DNA of 62,093 bases, filler included. It is 6 parts of 6 records of this genome, joined end to end, with 100 filler letters (N's around TTAATTAATTAA, not from the genome) between each part and the next. Parts side by side here need not be neighbours in the genome. Positions count along the whole stretch, not along the records: positions 56,784 to 62,093 come from SRR31156797_43775; 5 more parts are not named here. The stretch is one strand, 5' to 3'. This document shows positions 58,541 through 62,093 of the stretch, piece after piece. The number at the start of each line of letters is the position of its first letter. Position 1 is the stretch's first letter. A program made the position numbers and the translations under genes. The notes beneath the pieces were generated by a model. That model searched no databases, was not told the origin of the DNA, and saw nothing but the letters and a program-made list of their open reading frames with translations.

Positions 58541-58563
58541 CAAATCGGCAAAAGGAGAACAAC

Positions 58564-59583
58564 GTGCTAAAGAAAATTATTAGCATCATATCAATCCTAC
58601 AACTTATCTTTATCCTCCAGGGATGTTCCCCCAACACCCCCCAGGAGAAAAAGATCCCGGTCACAGACCAGCTGGGCCGAACAGTAATGGTGCCCCAAAA
58701 AATAGAACGCATAGCCGCCCTACACCATTTCGGAGGCAAGATCATCCACGCCCTGGGCCAGCAGGACAAACTCGTCTGCCAGGGCATCCTGGGCCGGGAA
58801 GCCCTGGCCCTTGAAAAAGTGGACCAAAAGTTTGCAGCCATCCCCAGACAACTCAGAAGCAGCACCATCAATGTCGAAGGCCTGATATCCCTGAGGCCCC
58901 AGGTGATATTCATCTACGCCTCCAGGGACGAGGCCGCCATCGAACTGTTCGAGAACGCCGGCATCAGCGTCTTTGCCATCACCGGCGAGACCCTGGAGGA
59001 GAGTTTCCAGGCCGTCAAAATCCTGGGCAAGGTCCTCCATTGCGAAGATGCGGCCGACCGCTACCTCAACGAGTGCCGGGGCCTCCTGGACATGGTCCAT
59101 GACAGGCTTGCGGATCTTCCCCCAAAGGAGCGGCCCAAGGTCATGTTTTCAGGCCCCAAAAGCGTCTATTCCGTTGCCACGGGCCACATGCTCCAGGACC
59201 AGATGCTCGCCCATGCCTCCGCCGTCAATGTGGCGGGCGCCCTGCCCGGCTACTGGGCCACCGTCTCCCCTGAGCAGATCTCCGCATGGAACCCGGACGT
59301 TATTTTCCTGGGCTCCAGCCTGGACCTCTATGAAGAGGACAGGATTTTCAGCAACCCCCACTTTAAAACCGTCAAAGCGATCAGAAACAAACGGGTTTAC
59401 GCGTTTCCGTCAAACATCGGGTGGTGGGATTATCCCGCTCCCAACTGCGTGCTGGGCATTGTCTGGTCGGCCAAGACCCTTTATCCCGACCGGTTCGAGG
59501 ATCTCGACATGACAGCCCTTGCCGACGGATTCTATACCCGGTATGTGGGCCATTCATTTACATCCATGGGAGGAAAACTATAA
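58564..59583 (+). CDS. ABC transporter substrate-binding lipoprotein (iron-chelate/cobalamin class)
   Basis: Lipobox LQGC; VTDQLGRTV, INVEGLISLRP, VSPEQISAWNPD. Confidence 0.9.
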   Translation: MLKKIISIISILQLIFILQGCSPNTPQEKKIPVTDQLGRTVMVPQKIERIAALHHFGGKIIHALGQQDKLVCQGILGREALALEKVDQKFAAIPRQLRSSTINVEGLISLRPQVIFIYASRDEAAIELFENAGISVFAITGETLEESFQAVKILGKVLHCEDAADRYLNECRGLLDMVHDRLADLPPKERPKVMFSGPKSVYSVATGHMLQDQMLAHASAVNVAGALPGYWATVSPEQISAWNPDVIFLGSSLDLYEEDRIFSNPHFKTVKAIRNKRVYAFPSNIGWWDYPAPNCVLGIVWSAKTLYPDRFEDLDMTALADGFYTRYVGHSFTSMGGKL

Positions 59584-59652
59584 CAGAACCGGCAGTCCGG
59601 GCAAATGAGGGAAGTTTGCGACAGCCCGTACAGCCGGTAGTTTCCAGGTTTT

Positions 59653-60681
59653 ATGAAAAAGCGTATTTTAATGATATTGATATTCGGGCTTCTGCCCGTC
59701 CTGGTGCTCTCCCTCTCCCTGGGACGCTACACCATCGGCCTTGGGGATGTGGGCAGGATCGTCCTGTCAAGCCTCGGCATCAAGGGATTTTACGCCCTGC
59801 CCACCCATGAGATCCACATGATCTTCTGGAACATCCGGGTGCCAAGGGTCATCCTGGCCTTTGCCGTGGGCAGCGGGCTCTCCATTGCGGGCACGGTCTT
59901 CCAGGCCATGTTCAAGAACCCCCTGGCCGCCCCGGACATCCTGGGGGTCACGGCGGGCTCCTGCTTTGGTGCGGCCCTGGCCATCATGTTTTTTGCCGCC
60001 ACGGCCTGGGCGGTCCAGACCAGCGCCTTCTGCTGGGGCGTGTTTGCCGTGTCCATGGCCTACCTTCTTGCATCAAGAAGCCGGGACCGCTCCTCATCCG
60101 TCCTGGTGATCGCGGGCATTGCCGTGTCTTCGGTGTTCCAGGCGGGCCTGTCCATCCTCATGTACGTGGCCAACCCCTATGACCAGATGTCCAAGATCAT
60201 CTTCTGGATCATGGGCAGTTTCCACACGGCGTCCTGGTCCAAGGTGGAGGCGACCCTGCCCTTTGTGGTCCTGGGCTCCCTGCTGCTCACCGTTTTCTCA
60301 TGGCGGCTCAACGTCATGACCCAGGATGAAGAGGACGCCCTCTGTCTCGGCATGAACGTATCCCGGTGGCGGATCTTCTACATCACCACCAGCACCCTCA
60401 TGGTCGCATCCTCGGTTGCCGCCGTCGGCAATGTGGCCTGGATCGGCCTTATCATTCCCCACATCGCAAGATACCTCGTGGGTTCGGAGCACAGACGCCT
60501 GCTCCCGGCAGCAGGCATCCTGGGCGGCATATTTCTTCTATTGATGGATACCCTGGCGCGCACCCTGTTGCTGTCGGAGATCCCCATAAGCATTGTCACA
60601 TCCATGTTCGGCGCGCCGTTCCTGGGATATCTCGTGACAGGCAACCAAGGAGCAGGAAATGGAATCAAGTCTTGTAATTGA
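59653..60681 (+). CDS. FecCD/BtuC family ABC permease
   Basis: IRVPRV, FKNPLAAPDILGV, WIGLIIPHIAR. Confidence 0.92.
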   Translation: MKKRILMILIFGLLPVLVLSLSLGRYTIGLGDVGRIVLSSLGIKGFYALPTHEIHMIFWNIRVPRVILAFAVGSGLSIAGTVFQAMFKNPLAAPDILGVTAGSCFGAALAIMFFAATAWAVQTSAFCWGVFAVSMAYLLASRSRDRSSSVLVIAGIAVSSVFQAGLSILMYVANPYDQMSKIIFWIMGSFHTASWSKVEATLPFVVLGSLLLTVFSWRLNVMTQDEEDALCLGMNVSRWRIFYITTSTLMVASSVAAVGNVAWIGLIIPHIARYLVGSEHRRLLPAAGILGGIFLLLMDTLARTLLLSEIPISIVTSMFGAPFLGYLVTGNQGAGNGIKSCN

Positions 60682-61459
60682 AAACCTCACCGCAGGCTAT
60701 GGCAAAGCCCCCGTACTGACCCGCATCAACCTTTCCCTGCAAAAGGGCTCCATCTGCGCCCTCATGGGCGAGAACGGCTCGGGCAAAACCACCCTGATCC
60801 GGTGCATCAACGGCACCCTCACCCCCCTCAGGGGCAAGGTCTGGGCCAACAGGCAAAACATCGCCGACCTCAACCGCATGGAGATCGCCCGCCTCATCAG
60901 CATCGTGCCCCAGGCCGCCCGATCGGCCTTCTCCTTCTCCTGCATCGACATGGTCCTCATGGGCGCCGTGGCCAGAATAAAACCCTGGGCCTCCCCGGGC
61001 CGCAAGGAGATCAGCCGGGCCACCGCCGCCCTGGAAGAGGTGGGCGGCAAAAAGCTCGCCAACCGCCTGTTCAACCGACTGTCCGGCGGGGAACGCCAGC
61101 TGGTGATGATCGCCAGGGCCCTGTACCAGGACACCCCCATCATGCTCCTGGACGAGCCCAACACCCACCTGGATTACTCCAACCAGCACTCGGTGATGGA
61201 GCTTGTGAGGGACCTTGTCAAACGCCGCAACGTCACCGCCCTCATCACCCTCCACGATCCCAACCTGGCCCTGTTCTATTGCGACCGGGTGGCCATGCTC
61301 AAGGAGGGGGAGATCGTTGCCCTGGGCAAAACCCAGGACATCATGAACGACACTATGCTAAGACAGGTCCTTGGCAACAACATCCAGTGCGACCACACCC
61401 GGCACGGCGTCCTGGTGGTCACCCCCCGCCACCTGGAACCCGCCATGGCCGCCCTCTGA
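60659..61459 (+). CDS. ABC transporter ATP-binding protein (FecE/BtuD-like)
   Basis: GENGSGKT, LSGGERQ, LLDEP, LHD. Confidence 0.93.
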   Translation: MESSLVIENLTAGYGKAPVLTRINLSLQKGSICALMGENGSGKTTLIRCINGTLTPLRGKVWANRQNIADLNRMEIARLISIVPQAARSAFSFSCIDMVLMGAVARIKPWASPGRKEISRATAALEEVGGKKLANRLFNRLSGGERQLVMIARALYQDTPIMLLDEPNTHLDYSNQHSVMELVRDLVKRRNVTALITLHDPNLALFYCDRVAMLKEGEIVALGKTQDIMNDTMLRQVLGNNIQCDHTRHGVLVVTPRHLEPAMAAL

Positions 61460-61596
61460 ACCGGGACACACCATGCATTGTAATTTCTGCGGGACTCGTT
61501 TCCCCACGCTTTATAACCAGGGATCACTTGCCGTAATTCGTAAAATATGATGAAATCCCTTCCAGCACATATCACAAACGCCAACCACAAAGGATA

Positions 61597-62093
61597 ATGA
61601 CAATGACCCTTCACAAACACCCAAGGCTGATCCCCCTGCTGCTGGCCCTAATCCTTATCACCGGATGCTCCCAGAACCGCTTCAACCCCATTACCACCGA
61701 ACCCGCGCCCCAGCCAGGCCTGACCCCGAAACGGATCATCCTCAACCTGACCCAGACACCCGCCACAAGCCAGGCCGTGACCTGGAGAACCAACTCCATC
61801 GTCACAACCCCCAAGGCCGAGATCGCAAAGGCAACCGGCTCCCCCGTGTTCCGCACCAGGGCCGCCACCGTCACCGCCACCTCGGAATCAGTCAAATCCA
61901 ACGGCTCCCCCCTCTTCTTTTACCACTCCGCCACGTTCAAGGACCTGGAGCCCGACACCCTCTATGCCTACCGGGTCGGGGACGGCACCCACTGGAGCGA
62001 ATGGAACCAGTTCAGGACCGCAGCAGCATCCCCCCAGCCCTTCTCCTTCGTCTATTTCGGAGACCCCCAGGAAGAGGTCGGCTCCATGTGCGC
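61597..62093 (+). CDS. Purple-acid-phosphatase-like lipoprotein (FN3-like domain plus metallophosphoesterase), 3'-truncated
   Basis: Hand translation: lipobox ITGC; PKRIILN...VTWRT...HSATFKDLEPDTLYAYRVG...FRT...FVYFGDPQ. Confidence 0.8.
   Translation, partial: MTMTLHKHPRLIPLLLALILITGCSQNRFNPITTEPAPQPGLTPKRIILNLTQTPATSQAVTWRTNSIVTTPKAEIAKATGSPVFRTRAATVTATSESVKSNGSPLFFYHSATFKDLEPDTLYAYRVGDGTHWSEWNQFRTAAASPQPFSFVYFGDPQEEVGSMC

Noticed and set aside
61454-61540. Tiny ORF MHCNFCG... after the ABC ATPase
   Set aside because: About 25 codons with a weak RBS and no supporting evidence

Overview
This window is not one locus. It is six unrelated contigs joined by artificial 100-bp linkers (N44-TTAATTAATTAA-N44), so no synteny can be read across them; taxonomic labels below are inferred from composition and protein style. 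(1) 1-31070, Desulfovibrionaceae-like: housekeeping and signalling genes, a Fur-boxed AraC/TonB-receptor module, and a polysulfide/thiosulfate-reductase-like molybdoenzyme operon. That operon has two rhodanese genes, a TorD chaperone and a CsoR/CstR-type repressor with candidate operators. Its last gene is split in the ORF track but reads through an in-frame UGA at a rhodanese Cys position followed by a SECIS-like hairpin, giving a hidden selenocysteine rhodanese-thioredoxin fusion. (2) 31171-37193, GC-rich deltaproteobacterium-like: chlD-chlI-cobN chelatase genes. (3) 37294-43239, Bacteroidota-like: split pntA, esterase, DUF4395, a pseudogene and an FMN reductase. (4) 43340-51304, Campylobacterota-like: an ankyrin-WYL pair flanked by two identical palindromic boxes at a fixed distance from -10 elements, the second driving an unannotated 50-aa membrane ORF; also an AmmeMemoRadiSam operon with an inserted DsrE-like gene. 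(5) 51405-56683: a 1537-aa nuclease-STAND NTPase (Avs-like defence candidate). (6) 56784-62093: TonB receptor, FecCD-type ABC transporter and a purple-acid-phosphatase-like lipoprotein. The strongest leads are the selenoprotein-containing sulfur/selenium respiration module and the WYL-controlled mini-regulon.
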